Part shown: piece after piece, positions 1 to 11,844 of the stretch
Position numbering within the stretch: the first letter of the stretch is position 1
Layout: each line of letters starts with the position of its first letter
Assembly (NCBI GenBank): GCA_964016885.1
Contig: OZ024741.1
Span: 1-64,000, forward strand
From: Eledone cirrhosa
Taxonomy: Eukaryota
Direction: 5' to 3'
DNA length: 64,000 nt
The notes under the pieces: model-generated
Told to the model about the DNA's origin: nothing
Seen by the model: the letters and a program-made list of their open reading frames with translations, nothing else
Databases searched by the model: none
Translations under genes and position numbers: made by a program

Positions 1-3000
1 ATCAACACCAACAATAACACCTACAACAACAATAACACCAACAACAACAATAACACCAACACCAACAATAACATCAACAACAACAATAACACCAACACCA
101 ACAATAACACCAACAACAACAATAACATCAACACCAACAATAACACCAACAACAACAATAACACCAACAACAACAATAACATCAACACCAACAATAACAC
201 CAACACCAACAATAACACCAACAACAACAATAACATCAACAACAACAATAACATCAACACCAACAATAACACCAACAACAACAATAACATCAACACCAAC
301 AATAACACCAACACCAACAATAACACCAACAACAACAATAACATCAACACCAACAATAACACCAACAACAACAATAACATCAACAACAACAATAACACCA
401 ACACCAACAATAACACCAACACCAACAATAACACCAACAACAAAAATAACACCAACAACAACAATAACATCAACACCACCAATAACACCAACAACAACAA
501 TAACATCAACACCAACAATAACACCAACAACAACAATAACACCAACAACAACAATAACACCAACACCAACAATAACATCAACAACAACAATAACATCAAC
601 ACCAACAATAACACCAACAACAACAATAACATCAACACCAACAATAACACCAACAACAACAATAACATCAACACCAACAATAACACCAACACCAACAATA
701 ACACCAACAACAACAATAACATCAACACCACCAATAACACCAACAACAACAATAACACCAACACCAACAATAACACCAACAACAACAATAACATCAACAC
801 CACCAATAACACCAACAACAACAATAACATCAACACCAACAATAACACCAACAACAACAATAACATCAACACCAACAATAACACCAACACCAACAATAAC
901 ACCAACGCCAACAATAACACCAACAACAACAATAACACCAACACCAACAATAACACCAACAACAACAATAACATCAACACCAACAATAACACCAACACCA
1001 ACAATAACACCAACAACAACAATAACACCAACAACAACAATAACACCAACAACAACAATAACACCAACACCAACAATAACACCAACAGCAACAATAACAC
1101 CAACAATAACACCAACACCAACAATAACACCAACAACAACAATAACACCAACACCAACAATAACACCAACACCAACAATAACACCAACAACAACAATAAC
1201 GTCAACACCAACAATAACACCAACACCAACAATAACACCAACAACAACAATAACACCAACAACAACAATAACACCAACACCAACAATAACACCAACAACA
1301 ACAATAACACCAACAATAACACCAACACCAACAATAACACCAACAACAACAATAACACCAACACCAACAATAACACCAACACCAACAATAACACCAACAA
1401 CAACAATAAAACCAACACCAACAATAACACCAACAACAACAATAACACCAACAACAACAATAACACCAACACCAACAATAACACCAACAACAACAATAAC
1501 ACCAACAATAACACCAACACCAACAATAACACCAACAACAACAATAACATCAACACCAACAATAACACCAACACCAACAATAACACCAACAACAACAATA
1601 ACACCAACAACAACAATAACACCAACACCAACAATAACACCAACAACAACAATAACACCAACACCAACAATAACACCAACAACAACAATAACATCAACAA
1701 CAACAATAACAACAACAATAACACCAACAACAACAATAACACCAACAACAACAATAACACCAACAACAACAATAACAACAACACCAACAATAACACCAAC
1801 ACCTACAATAACACCAACAACAACAATAACATCAACAACAACAATAACATCAACAACAACAATAACATCAACAACAACAATAACATCAACAACAACACCA
1901 ACACCAACAATATCACCAACAACAACAATAACACCAACACCAACAATAACACCAACCACAACAATAACACCAACAACAACAATAACACCAACAATAACAC
2001 CAACAACAACAATAACATCAACAACAACACCAACACCAACAATAACACCAACAACAACAATAACACCAACACCAACAATAACACCAACAACAACAATAAC
2101 ACCAACAACAACAATAACACCAACAATAACACCAACAACAACAATAACACCAACAACCACAATAACACCAACAACAACAATAACACCAGCAACAACAATA
2201 ACACCAACAACAACAATAACACCAACAACAACAATAACACCAACAACCACAATAACACCAACAACAACAATAACACCAACAACAACAATAACACCAACAA
2301 CAACAATAACACCAACAACAACAATAACACCAACAATAACACCAACAACAACAATAACACCAACAACAACAATAACACCAACAACAACAATAACACCAAC
2401 AACAACAATAACACCAACAATAACACCAACAACAACAATAACACCAACAACAACAATAACACCAACAATAACACCAACACCAACAATAACACCAACAATA
2501 ACAATAACACCAACACCAACAATAACACCAACAACAACAATAATATCAACAACAACAATAACACCAACAACAACAATAACACCAACAATAACACCAACAA
2601 CAACAATAACACCAACAACAACAATAACACCAACAATAACACCAACAACAACAATAACACCAACAACAACAATAACACCAACAATAACACCAACACCAAC
2701 AATAACACCAACAACAACAATAACACCAACACCAACAATAACACCAACACCAACAATAACACCAACAACAAAAATAACACCAACACCAACAATAACACCA
2801 ACAACAACAATAACACCAACAACAACAATAACACCAACACCAACAATAACACCAACACCAACAATAACACCAACACCAACAATAACACCAACAACAACAA
2901 TAACATCAACAACAACAATAACATCAACACCAACAATAACACCAACAACAACAATAACATCAACACCAACAATAACACCAACAACAACAATAACACCAAC

Positions 3001-6000
3001 AACAACAATAACACCAACACCAACAATAACACCAACAACAACAATAACATCAACAACAACAATAACACCAACACCAACAATAACACCAACAACAACAATA
3101 ACATCAACAACAACAATAACACCAACACCAACAATAACACCAACAACAACAATAACACCAACAACAACAATAACACCAACACCAACAATAACACCAACAC
3201 CAACAATAACACCAACAACAACAATAACACCAACAACAACAATAACACCAACACCAACAATAACACCAACACCAACAATAACACCAACAATAACACCAAC
3301 AACAACAATAACATGAACAACAACGATAACATCAACACCAACAATAACACCAACAACAACAATAACATCAACACCAACAATAACACCTACAACAACAATA
3401 ACACCAACAACAACAATAACACCAACACCAACAATAACATCAACAACAACAATAACACCAACAACAACAATAACATCAACAACAACAATAACACCTACAA
3501 CAACAATAACACCAACAACAACAATAACACCAACACCAACAATAACACCAACACCAACAATAACACCAACAATAACACCAACAACAACAATAACATCAAC
3601 AACAACAATAACATCAACACCAACAATAACACCAACAACAACAATAACATCAACACCAACAATAACACCAACAACAACAATAACACCAACAACAACAATA
3701 ACATCAACACCAACAATAACACCAACACCAACAATAACACCAACAACAACAATAACATCAACAACAACAATAACATCAACACCAACAATAACACCAACAA
3801 CAACAATAACATCAACACCAACAATAACACCAACACCAACAATAACACCAACAACAACAATAACATCAACACCAACAATAACACCAACAACAACAATAAC
3901 ATCAACAACAACAATAACACCAACACCAACAATAACACCAACACCAACAATAACACCAACAACAACAATAACACCAACAACAACAATAACATCAACACCA
4001 CCAATAACACCAACAACAACAATAACATCAACACCAACAATAACACCAACAACAACAATAACACCAACAACAACAATAACACCAACACCAACAATAACAT
4101 CAACAACAACAATAACATCAACACCAACAATAACACCAACAACAACAATAACATCAACACCAACAATAACACCAACACCAACAATAACACCAACAACAAC
4201 AATAACATCAACACCAACAATAACACCAACAACAACAATAACATCAACACCAACAATAACACCAACACCAACAATAACACCAACAACAACAATAACATCA
4301 ACACCACCAATAACACCAACAACAACAATAACATCAACACCAACAATAACACCAACAACAACAATAACATCAACACCAACAATAACACCAACAACAACAA
4401 TAACACCAACACCAACAATAACACCAACAACAACAATAACACCAACAACAACAATAACACCAACACCAACAATAACACTAACACCAACAATAACACCAAC
4501 AATAACACCAACACCAACAATAACACCAACAACAATAACACCAACAACAACAATAACACCAACAACAACAATAACACCAACAACAACAATAACATCAACA
4601 ACAACAATAACACCAACAACAACAATAACACCAACAACAACAATAACACCAACACCAACAATAACATCAACAACAACAATAACATCAACACCAACAATAA
4701 CACCAACAACAACAATAACATTAACACCAACAATAACACCAACACCAACAATAACATCAACAACAACAATAACATCAACACCAACATTAACACCAACAAC
4801 AACAATAACATCAACACCAACAATAACATTAACACCAACAATAACACCAACACCAACAATAACACCAACAACAACAATAACATCAACACCAACAATAACA
4901 CCAACAACAACAATAACATCAACACCAACAATAACACCAACACCAACAATAACACCAACAACAACAATAACATCAACACCAACAATAACACCAACAACAA
5001 CAATAACACCAACAACAACAATAACACCAACAACAACAATAACATCAACAACAACAATAACATCAACAACAACAATAACACCAACAACAACAATAACACC
5101 AACAATAACACCAACAACAACAATAACACCTACAACAACAATAACACCAACACCAACAATAACACCAACACCAACAATAACACCAACAACAACAATAACA
5201 CCAACAACAACAATAACACCAACAACAACAATAACACCAACACCAACAATAACACCAACACCAACAATAACACCAACACCAACAATAACACCTACAACAA
5301 CAATAACACCAACAACAACAATAACACCAACGACAACAATAACATCAACAACAACAATAACATCAACAACAATAATAACACCAACAATAACACCAACAAC
5401 AACAATAACACCAACAACAACAATAACACCAACAACAACAATAACAGCAACAACAACAATAACACCAACAATAACACCAACACCAACAATAACACCAACA
5501 ACAACAATAACACCAACAATAACACCAACACCAACAATAACACCAACAACAACAATAACACCAACAACAACAATAACACCAACAACAACAATAACACCAA
5601 CACCAACAATAACACCAACAACAACAATAACACCAACACCAACAATAACACCAACAACACCAATAACACCAACACCAACAATAACACCAACAACAACAAT
5701 AACACCAACAACAACACTAACACCAACAACAACAATAACATCAACAACAGCAATAACACCAACACCAACAATAACACCAACAACACCAATAACACCAACA
5801 CCAACAATAACACCAACAACAATAATAACACCAACAATAACACCAACAACAACAATAACACCAACAACAACAATAACACCAACAACAACAATAACTCCAA
5901 CAACAACACCAACAACAACAATAACACCAACAATAACACCAACACCAACAATAACACCAACACCAACAATAACACCAACAACAACAATAACACCAACACC

Positions 6001-9000
6001 AACAATAACACCAACAACAACAATAACACCAACAACAACAATAACACCAACACCAACAATAACACCAACAACAACAATAACATCAACAACAACAATAACA
6101 CCAACACCAACAATAACACCAACAACAACAATAACATCAACAACAACAATAACACCAACACCAACAATAACACCAACAATAACACCAACAACAACAATAA
6201 CATCAACAACAACAATAACACCAACACCAACAATAACACCAACAACAACAATAACACCAACAACAACAATAACACCAACACCAACAATAACACCAACACC
6301 AACAATACAACCAATACCAACAATAACACCAACAACAACAATAACATCGACAACAACAATAACATCAACACCAACAATAACACCAACAACAACAATAACA
6401 TCAACACCAACAATAACACCAACAACAAAAATAACACCAACAACAACAATAACACCAACACCAACAATAACACCAACAACAACAATAACATCAACAACAA
6501 CAATAACACCAACACCAACAATAACACCAACAACAACAATAACATCAACAACAACAATAACACCAACACCAACAATAACACCAACAACAACAATAACACC
6601 AACAACAACAATAACACCAACACCAACAATAACACCAACACCAACAATAACACCAACAACAACAATAACACCAACAACAACAATAACACCAACACCAACA
6701 ATAACACCAACACCAACAATAACACCAACAATAACACCAACAACAACAATAACATCAACAACAACAATATCATCAACACCAACAATAACACCAACAACAA
6801 CAATAACATCAACACCAACAATAACACCTACAACAACAATAACACCAACAACAACAATAACACCAACACCAACAATAACATCAACAACAACAATAACACC
6901 AACACCAACAATAACACCAACAACAACAATAACATCAACACCAACAATAACACCAACAACAACAATAACACCAACAACAACAATAACATCAACACCAACA
7001 ATAACACCAACACCAACAATAACACCAACAACAACAATAACATCAACAACAACAATAACATCAACACCAACAATAACACCAACAACAACAATAACATCAA
7101 CACCAACAATAACACCAACACCAACAATAACACCAACAACAACAATAACATCAACACCAACAATAACACCAACAACAACAATAACATCAACAACAACAAT
7201 AACACCAACACCAACAATAACACCAACACCAACAATAACACCAACAACAAAAATAACACCAACAACAACAATAACATCAACACCACCAATAACACCAACA
7301 ACAACAATAACATCAACACCAACAATAACACCAACAACAACAATAACACCAACAACAACAATAACACCAACACCAACAATAACATCAACAACAACAATAA
7401 CATCAACACCAACAATAACACCAACAACAACAATAACATCAACACCAACAATAACACCAACAACAACAATAACATCAACACCAACAATAACACCAACACC
7501 AACAATAACACCAACAACAACAATAACATCAACACCACCAATAACACCAACAACAACAATAACACCAACACCAACAATAACACCAACAACAACAATAACA
7601 TCAACACCACCAATAACACCAACAACAACAATAACATCAACACCAACAATAACACCAACAACAACAATAACATCAACACCAACAATAACACCAACACCAA
7701 CAATAACACCAACGCCAACAATAACACCAACAACAACAATAACACCAACACCAACAATAACACCAACAACAACAATAACATCAACACCAACAATAACACC
7801 AACACCAACAATAACACCAACAACAACAATAACACCAACAACAACAATAACACCAACAACAACAATAACACCAACACCAACAATAACACCAACAGCAACA
7901 ATAACACCAACAATAACACCAACACCAACAATAACACCAACAACAACAATAACACCAACACCAACAATAACACCAACACCAACAATAACACCAACAACAA
8001 CAATAACGTCAACACCAACAATAACACCAACACCAACAATAACACCAACAACAACAATAACACCAACAACAACAATAACACCAACACCAACAATAACACC
8101 AACAACAACAATAACACCAACAATAACACCAACACCAACAATAACACCAACAACAACAATAACACCAACACCAACAATAACACCAACACCAACAATAACA
8201 CCAACAACAACAATAAAACCAACACCAACAATAACACCAACAACAACAATAACACCAACAACAACAATAACACCAACACCAACAATAACACCAACAACAA
8301 CAATAACACCAACAATAACACCAACACCAACAATAACACCAACAACAACAATAACATCAACACCAACAATAACACCAACACCAACAATAACACCAACAAC
8401 AACAATAACACCAACAACAACAATAACACCAACACCAACAATAACACCAACAACAACAATAACACCAACACCAACAATAACACCAACAACAACAATAACA
8501 TCAACAACAACAATAACAACAACAATAACACCAACAACAACAATAACACCAACAACAACAATAACACCAACAACAACAATAACAACAACACCAACAATAA
8601 CACCAACACCTACAATAACACCAACAACAACAATAACATCAACAACAACAATAACATCAACAACAACAATAACATCAACAACAACAATAACATCAACAAC
8701 AACACCAACACCAACAATATCACCAACAACAACAATAACACCAACACCAACAATAACACCAACCACAACAATAACACCAACAACAACAATAACACCAACA
8801 ATAACACCAACAACAACAATAACATCAACAACAACACCAACACCAACAATAACACCAACAACAACAATAACACCAACACCAACAATAACACCAACAACAA
8901 CAATAACACCAACAACAACAATAACACCAACAATAACACCAACAACAACAATAACACCAACAACCACAATAACACCAACAACAACAATAACACCAGCAAC

Positions 9001-9130
9001 AACAATAACACCAACAACAACAATAACACCAACAACAACAATAACACCAACAACCACAATAACACCAACAACAACAATAACACCAACGACAACAATAACA
9101 CCAACAACAACAATAACACCAACAACAACA
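1..9130. repeat. Direct duplication 1-~2325 = 6808-~9130 (offset 6807 bp), with a further copy from about 17625
   Basis: Minus-strand shadow ORFs 21..1802 and 6828..8609 are both 593 aa and appear identical. Rare markers (ACAAAAAT, ACGCC, ACAGC, ACGTC, AATAAAACC) recur in the same order at +6807 and again at about +17623. Confidence 0.92.
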
Positions 9131-11844
9131 ATAACACCAAGAACAACAATAACAACAACAACAACAATAACACCAACAACCACAATAACACCAACAACAA
9201 CAATAACACCAACAACAACAATAACACCAACAATAACACCAACAACAACAATAACACCAACAACAACAATAACACCAACAATAACACCAACACCAACAAT
9301 AACACCAACAATAACAATAACACCAACACCAACAATAACACCAACAACAACAATAATATCAACAACAACAATAACACCAACAACAACAATAACACCAACA
9401 ATAACACCAACAACAACAATAACACCAACAACAACAATAACACCAACAATAACACCAACAACAACAATAACACCAACAACAACAATAACACCAACAATAA
9501 CACCAACACCAACAATAACACCAGCAATAACAATAACACCAACACCAACAATAACACCAACAACAACAATAACATCAACAACAACAATAACACCAACACC
9601 AACAATAACACCAACAATAACACCAACAATAACACCAACAATAACACCAACACCAACAATAACACCAACAACAACAATAACACCAACACCAACAATAACA
9701 CCAACACCAACAATAACACCAACAATAACACCAACAACAACAATAACATCAACAACAACAATAACACCAACACCAACAATAACACCAACAACAACAATAA
9801 CGTCAACAACAACAATAACACCAACACCAACAATAACACCAACAACAACAATAACATCAACAACAACAGTAACACTAACAACAACAATAACACCAACAAC
9901 AACAATAACACCAACAACAACAATAACACCAACAACAACAATAACATCAACAACAACAATAACACCAACACCAACAATAACACCAACACCAACAATAACA
10001 CCAACAACAACAATAACACCAACAACAACAATAACACCAACAACAACAATAACATCAACAACAACAATAACATCAACAACAACAATAACACCAACAATAA
10101 CACCAACAACAACAATAACACCAACACCAACAATAACACCAACACCAACAATAACACCAACAACAACAATAACACCAACACCAACAATAACACCAACACC
10201 AACAATAACACCAACAACAACAATAACAACAACAACAACAATAACATCAACAACAACACCAACACCTCTAATAACATCAACAACAACAATAACACCAACA
10301 CCAACAATAACACCAACAACAACAATAACACCAATAACAACAATAACACCAACAACAACAATAACACCAACAACAACAATAACACCAACAATAACACCAT
10401 CAACAACAATAACATCAACACCAACAATAACACCAACACCAACAATAACACCAACACCAACAATAACACCAACAACAACAATAACACCAACAACAATAAT
10501 AACACCAACAATAACACCAACAACAACAATAACACCAACAACAACAATAACACCAACAACAACAATAACACCAACAATAACACCAACACCAACAATAACA
10601 CCAACAACAACAATAACACCAACAATAACACCAACACCAACAATAACACCAACACCAACAATAACACCAACAACAACAATAACACCAACAACAACAATAA
10701 CACCAACACCAACAATAACACCAACAACAACAATAACATCAACAACAACAATAACACCAACACCAAAAATAACACCAACAATAACACCAACAACAACAAT
10801 AACATCAACAACAACAATAACACCAACACCAACAATAACACCAACAACAACAATAACACCAACAACAACAATAACACCAACACCAACAATAACACCAACA
10901 CCAACAATAACACCAACACCAACAATAACACCAACAACAACAATAACATCAACAACAACAATAACATCAACACCAACAATAACACCAACAACAACAATAA
11001 CATCAACACCAACAATAACACCAACAACAACAATAACACCAACAACAACAATAACACCAACACCAACAATAACACCAACAACAACAATAACATCAACAAC
11101 AACAATAACACCAACACCAACAATAACACCAACAACAACAATAACATCAACAACAACAATAACACCAACACCAACAATAACACCAACAACAACAATAACA
11201 TCAACAACAACAATAACACCAACACCAACAATAACACCAACAACAACAATAACATCAACAACAACAATAACACCAACACCAACAATAACACCAACAACAA
11301 CAATAACACCAACCCAACAAAACACCAACACCAACAATACACCAACAATAACACCAACACAACAATAACATCAACAACAACAATAACATCAACACCAACA
11401 ATAACACCAACAACAACAATAACATCAACACCAACAATAACACCAACAACAACAATAACACCAACAACAACAATAACACCAACACCAACAATAACATCAC
11501 AACAACAATACACCAACAACAACAATAACACCAACACTAACAATAACACCAACACCAACAATAACACCAACAATAACACCAACAACAACAATAACACCAA
11601 CACCAACAATAACACCAACACCAACAATAACACCAACAACAACAATAACACCAACACCAACAATAACACCAACAACAACAATAACATCAACAACAACAGT
11701 AACAACAACAACGATAACACCAACAACAACAATAACACCAACAACAACAATAACACCAACACCAACAATAACACCAACAACAACAATAACACCAACAACA
11801 ACAATAACACCAACACCAACAATAACACCAAACAACAACAATAA
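1..11844 (+). CDS. Alternative Asn/Thr-rich reading (frame +1, NNNNNT/NTNNNT; track ORF 3313..11844), possibly only an overlapping frame of the repeat
   Basis: Open from the window start through the 11314-11510 deletions and closed by the +1 insertion at 11831. The ATG at 3313 is a point variant of ATC, not a credible start. Confidence 0.1.
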   Translation: MNTNNNTYNNNNTNNNNNTNTNNNINNNNNTNTNNNTNNNNNINTNNNTNNNNNTNNNNNINTNNNTNTNNNTNNNNNINNNNNINTNNNTNNNNNINTNNNTNTNNNTNNNNNINTNNNTNNNNNINNNNNTNTNNNTNTNNNTNNKNNTNNNNNINTTNNTNNNNNINTNNNTNNNNNTNNNNNTNTNNNINNNNNINTNNNTNNNNNINTNNNTNNNNNINTNNNTNTNNNTNNNNNINTTNNTNNNNNTNTNNNTNNNNNINTTNNTNNNNNINTNNNTNNNNNINTNNNTNTNNNTNANNNTNNNNNTNTNNNTNNNNNINTNNNTNTNNNTNNNNNTNNNNNTNNNNNTNTNNNTNSNNNTNNNTNTNNNTNNNNNTNTNNNTNTNNNTNNNNNVNTNNNTNTNNNTNNNNNTNNNNNTNTNNNTNNNNNTNNNTNTNNNTNNNNNTNTNNNTNTNNNTNNNNKTNTNNNTNNNNNTNNNNNTNTNNNTNNNNNTNNNTNTNNNTNNNNNINTNNNTNTNNNTNNNNNTNNNNNTNTNNNTNNNNNTNTNNNTNNNNNINNNNNNNNNTNNNNNTNNNNNTNNNNNNNTNNNTNTYNNTNNNNNINNNNNINNNNNINNNNNINNNTNTNNITNNNNNTNTNNNTNHNNNTNNNNNTNNNTNNNNNINNNTNTNNNTNNNNNTNTNNNTNNNNNTNNNNNTNNNTNNNNNTNNHNNTNNNNNTSNNNNTNNNNNTNNNNNTNNHNNTNNNNNTNNNNNTNNNNNTNNNNNTNNNTNNNNNTNNNNNTNNNNNTNNNNNTNNNTNNNNNTNNNNNTNNNTNTNNNTNNNNNTNTNNNTNNNNNINNNNNTNNNNNTNNNTNNNNNTNNNNNTNNNTNNNNNTNNNNNTNNNTNTNNNTNNNNNTNTNNNTNTNNNTNNKNNTNTNNNTNNNNNTNNNNNTNTNNNTNTNNNTNTNNNTNNNNNINNNNNINTNNNTNNNNNINTNNNTNNNNNTNNNNNTNTNNNTNNNNNINNNNNTNTNNNTNNNNNINNNNNTNTNNNTNNNNNTNNNNNTNTNNNTNTNNNTNNNNNTNNNNNTNTNNNTNTNNNTNNNTNNNNNMNNNDNINTNNNTNNNNNINTNNNTYNNNNTNNNNNTNTNNNINNNNNTNNNNNINNNNNTYNNNNTNNNNNTNTNNNTNTNNNTNNNTNNNNNINNNNNINTNNNTNNNNNINTNNNTNNNNNTNNNNNINTNNNTNTNNNTNNNNNINNNNNINTNNNTNNNNNINTNNNTNTNNNTNNNNNINTNNNTNNNNNINNNNNTNTNNNTNTNNNTNNNNNTNNNNNINTTNNTNNNNNINTNNNTNNNNNTNNNNNTNTNNNINNNNNINTNNNTNNNNNINTNNNTNTNNNTNNNNNINTNNNTNNNNNINTNNNTNTNNNTNNNNNINTTNNTNNNNNINTNNNTNNNNNINTNNNTNNNNNTNTNNNTNNNNNTNNNNNTNTNNNTNTNNNTNNNTNTNNNTNNNNTNNNNNTNNNNNTNNNNNINNNNNTNNNNNTNNNNNTNTNNNINNNNNINTNNNTNNNNNINTNNNTNTNNNINNNNNINTNINTNNNNNINTNNNINTNNNTNTNNNTNNNNNINTNNNTNNNNNINTNNNTNTNNNTNNNNNINTNNNTNNNNNTNNNNNTNNNNNINNNNNINNNNNTNNNNNTNNNTNNNNNTYNNNNTNTNNNTNTNNNTNNNNNTNNNNNTNNNNNTNTNNNTNTNNNTNTNNNTYNNNNTNNNNNTNDNNNINNNNNINNNNNTNNNTNNNNNTNNNNNTNNNNNSNNNNNTNNNTNTNNNTNNNNNTNNNTNTNNNTNNNNNTNNNNNTNNNNNTNTNNNTNNNNNTNTNNNTNNTNNTNTNNNTNNNNNTNNNTNTNNNNNINNSNNTNTNNNTNNTNNTNTNNNTNNNNNTNNNTNNNNNTNNNNNTNNNNNSNNNTNNNNNTNNNTNTNNNTNTNNNTNNNNNTNTNNNTNNNNNTNNNNNTNTNNNTNNNNNINNNNNTNTNNNTNNNNNINNNNNTNTNNNTNNNTNNNNNINNNNNTNTNNNTNNNNNTNNNNNTNTNNNTNTNNTTNTNNNTNNNNNIDNNNNINTNNNTNNNNNINTNNNTNNKNNTNNNNNTNTNNNTNNNNNINNNNNTNTNNNTNNNNNINNNNNTNTNNNTNNNNNTNNNNNTNTNNNTNTNNNTNNNNNTNNNNNTNTNNNTNTNNNTNNNTNNNNNINNNNIINTNNNTNNNNNINTNNNTYNNNNTNNNNNTNTNNNINNNNNTNTNNNTNNNNNINTNNNTNNNNNTNNNNNINTNNNTNTNNNTNNNNNINNNNNINTNNNTNNNNNINTNNNTNTNNNTNNNNNINTNNNTNNNNNINNNNNTNTNNNTNTNNNTNNKNNTNNNNNINTTNNTNNNNNINTNNNTNNNNNTNNNNNTNTNNNINNNNNINTNNNTNNNNNINTNNNTNNNNNINTNNNTNTNNNTNNNNNINTTNNTNNNNNTNTNNNTNNNNNINTTNNTNNNNNINTNNNTNNNNNINTNNNTNTNNNTNANNNTNNNNNTNTNNNTNNNNNINTNNNTNTNNNTNNNNNTNNNNNTNNNNNTNTNNNTNSNNNTNNNTNTNNNTNNNNNTNTNNNTNTNNNTNNNNNVNTNNNTNTNNNTNNNNNTNNNNNTNTNNNTNNNNNTNNNTNTNNNTNNNNNTNTNNNTNTNNNTNNNNKTNTNNNTNNNNNTNNNNNTNTNNNTNNNNNTNNNTNTNNNTNNNNNINTNNNTNTNNNTNNNNNTNNNNNTNTNNNTNNNNNTNTNNNTNNNNNINNNNNNNNNTNNNNNTNNNNNTNNNNNNNTNNNTNTYNNTNNNNNINNNNNINNNNNINNNNNINNNTNTNNITNNNNNTNTNNNTNHNNNTNNNNNTNNNTNNNNNINNNTNTNNNTNNNNNTNTNNNTNNNNNTNNNNNTNNNTNNNNNTNNHNNTNNNNNTSNNNNTNNNNNTNNNNNTNNHNNTNNNNNTNDNNNTNNNNNTNNNNNTKNNNNNNNNNNTNNHNNTNNNNNTNNNNNTNNNTNNNNNTNNNNNTNNNTNTNNNTNNNNNTNTNNNTNNNNNINNNNNTNNNNNTNNNTNNNNNTNNNNNTNNNTNNNNNTNNNNNTNNNTNTNNNTSNNNNTNTNNNTNNNNNINNNNNTNTNNNTNNNTNNNTNNNTNTNNNTNNNNNTNTNNNTNTNNNTNNNTNNNNNINNNNNTNTNNNTNNNNNVNNNNNTNTNNNTNNNNNINNNSNTNNNNNTNNNNNTNNNNNTNNNNNINNNNNTNTNNNTNTNNNTNNNNNTNNNNNTNNNNNINNNNNINNNNNTNNNTNNNNNTNTNNNTNTNNNTNNNNNTNTNNNTNTNNNTNNNNNNNNNNNINNNTNTSNNINNNNNTNTNNNTNNNNNTNNNNNTNNNNNTNNNNNTNNNTINNNNINTNNNTNTNNNTNTNNNTNNNNNTNNNNNTNNNTNNNNNTNNNNNTNNNNNTNNNTNTNNNTNNNNNTNNNTNTNNNTNTNNNTNNNNNTNNNNNTNTNNNTNNNNNINNNNNTNTKNNTNNNTNNNNNINNNNNTNTNNNTNNNNNTNNNNNTNTNNNTNTNNNTNTNNNTNNNNNINNNNNINTNNNTNNNNNINTNNNTNNNNNTNNNNNTNTNNNTNNNNNINNNNNTNTNNNTNNNNNINNNNNTNTNNNTNNNNNINNNNNTNTNNNTNNNNNINNNNNTNTNNNTNNNNNTNPTKHQHQQYTNNNTNTTITSTTTITSTPTITPTTTITSTPTITPTTTITPTTTITPTPTITSQQQYTNNNNNTNTNNNTNTNNNTNNNTNNNNNTNTNNNTNTNNNTNNNNNTNTNNNTNNNNNINNNSNNNNDNTNNNNNTNNNNNTNTNNNTNNNNNTNNNNNTNTNNNTKQQQ
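2..11313 (+). CDS. Upstream continuation of the PTS-type reading (frame +2), interrupted by an in-frame TGA at 3314-3316 and ending at an indel cluster
   Basis: Frame +2 from base 2 reads STPTITPTTT. At 3308-3316 the sequence is ATA ACA TGA, where sibling copies (e.g. ~35180-35205) have ATA ACA TCA. Confidence 0.2.
11051..11300. repeat. 54-bp three-unit tandem repeat (ITPTPT-ITPTTT-ITSTTT), about 4 copies
   Basis: Read directly; it lies immediately before the indel cluster. Confidence 0.8.
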
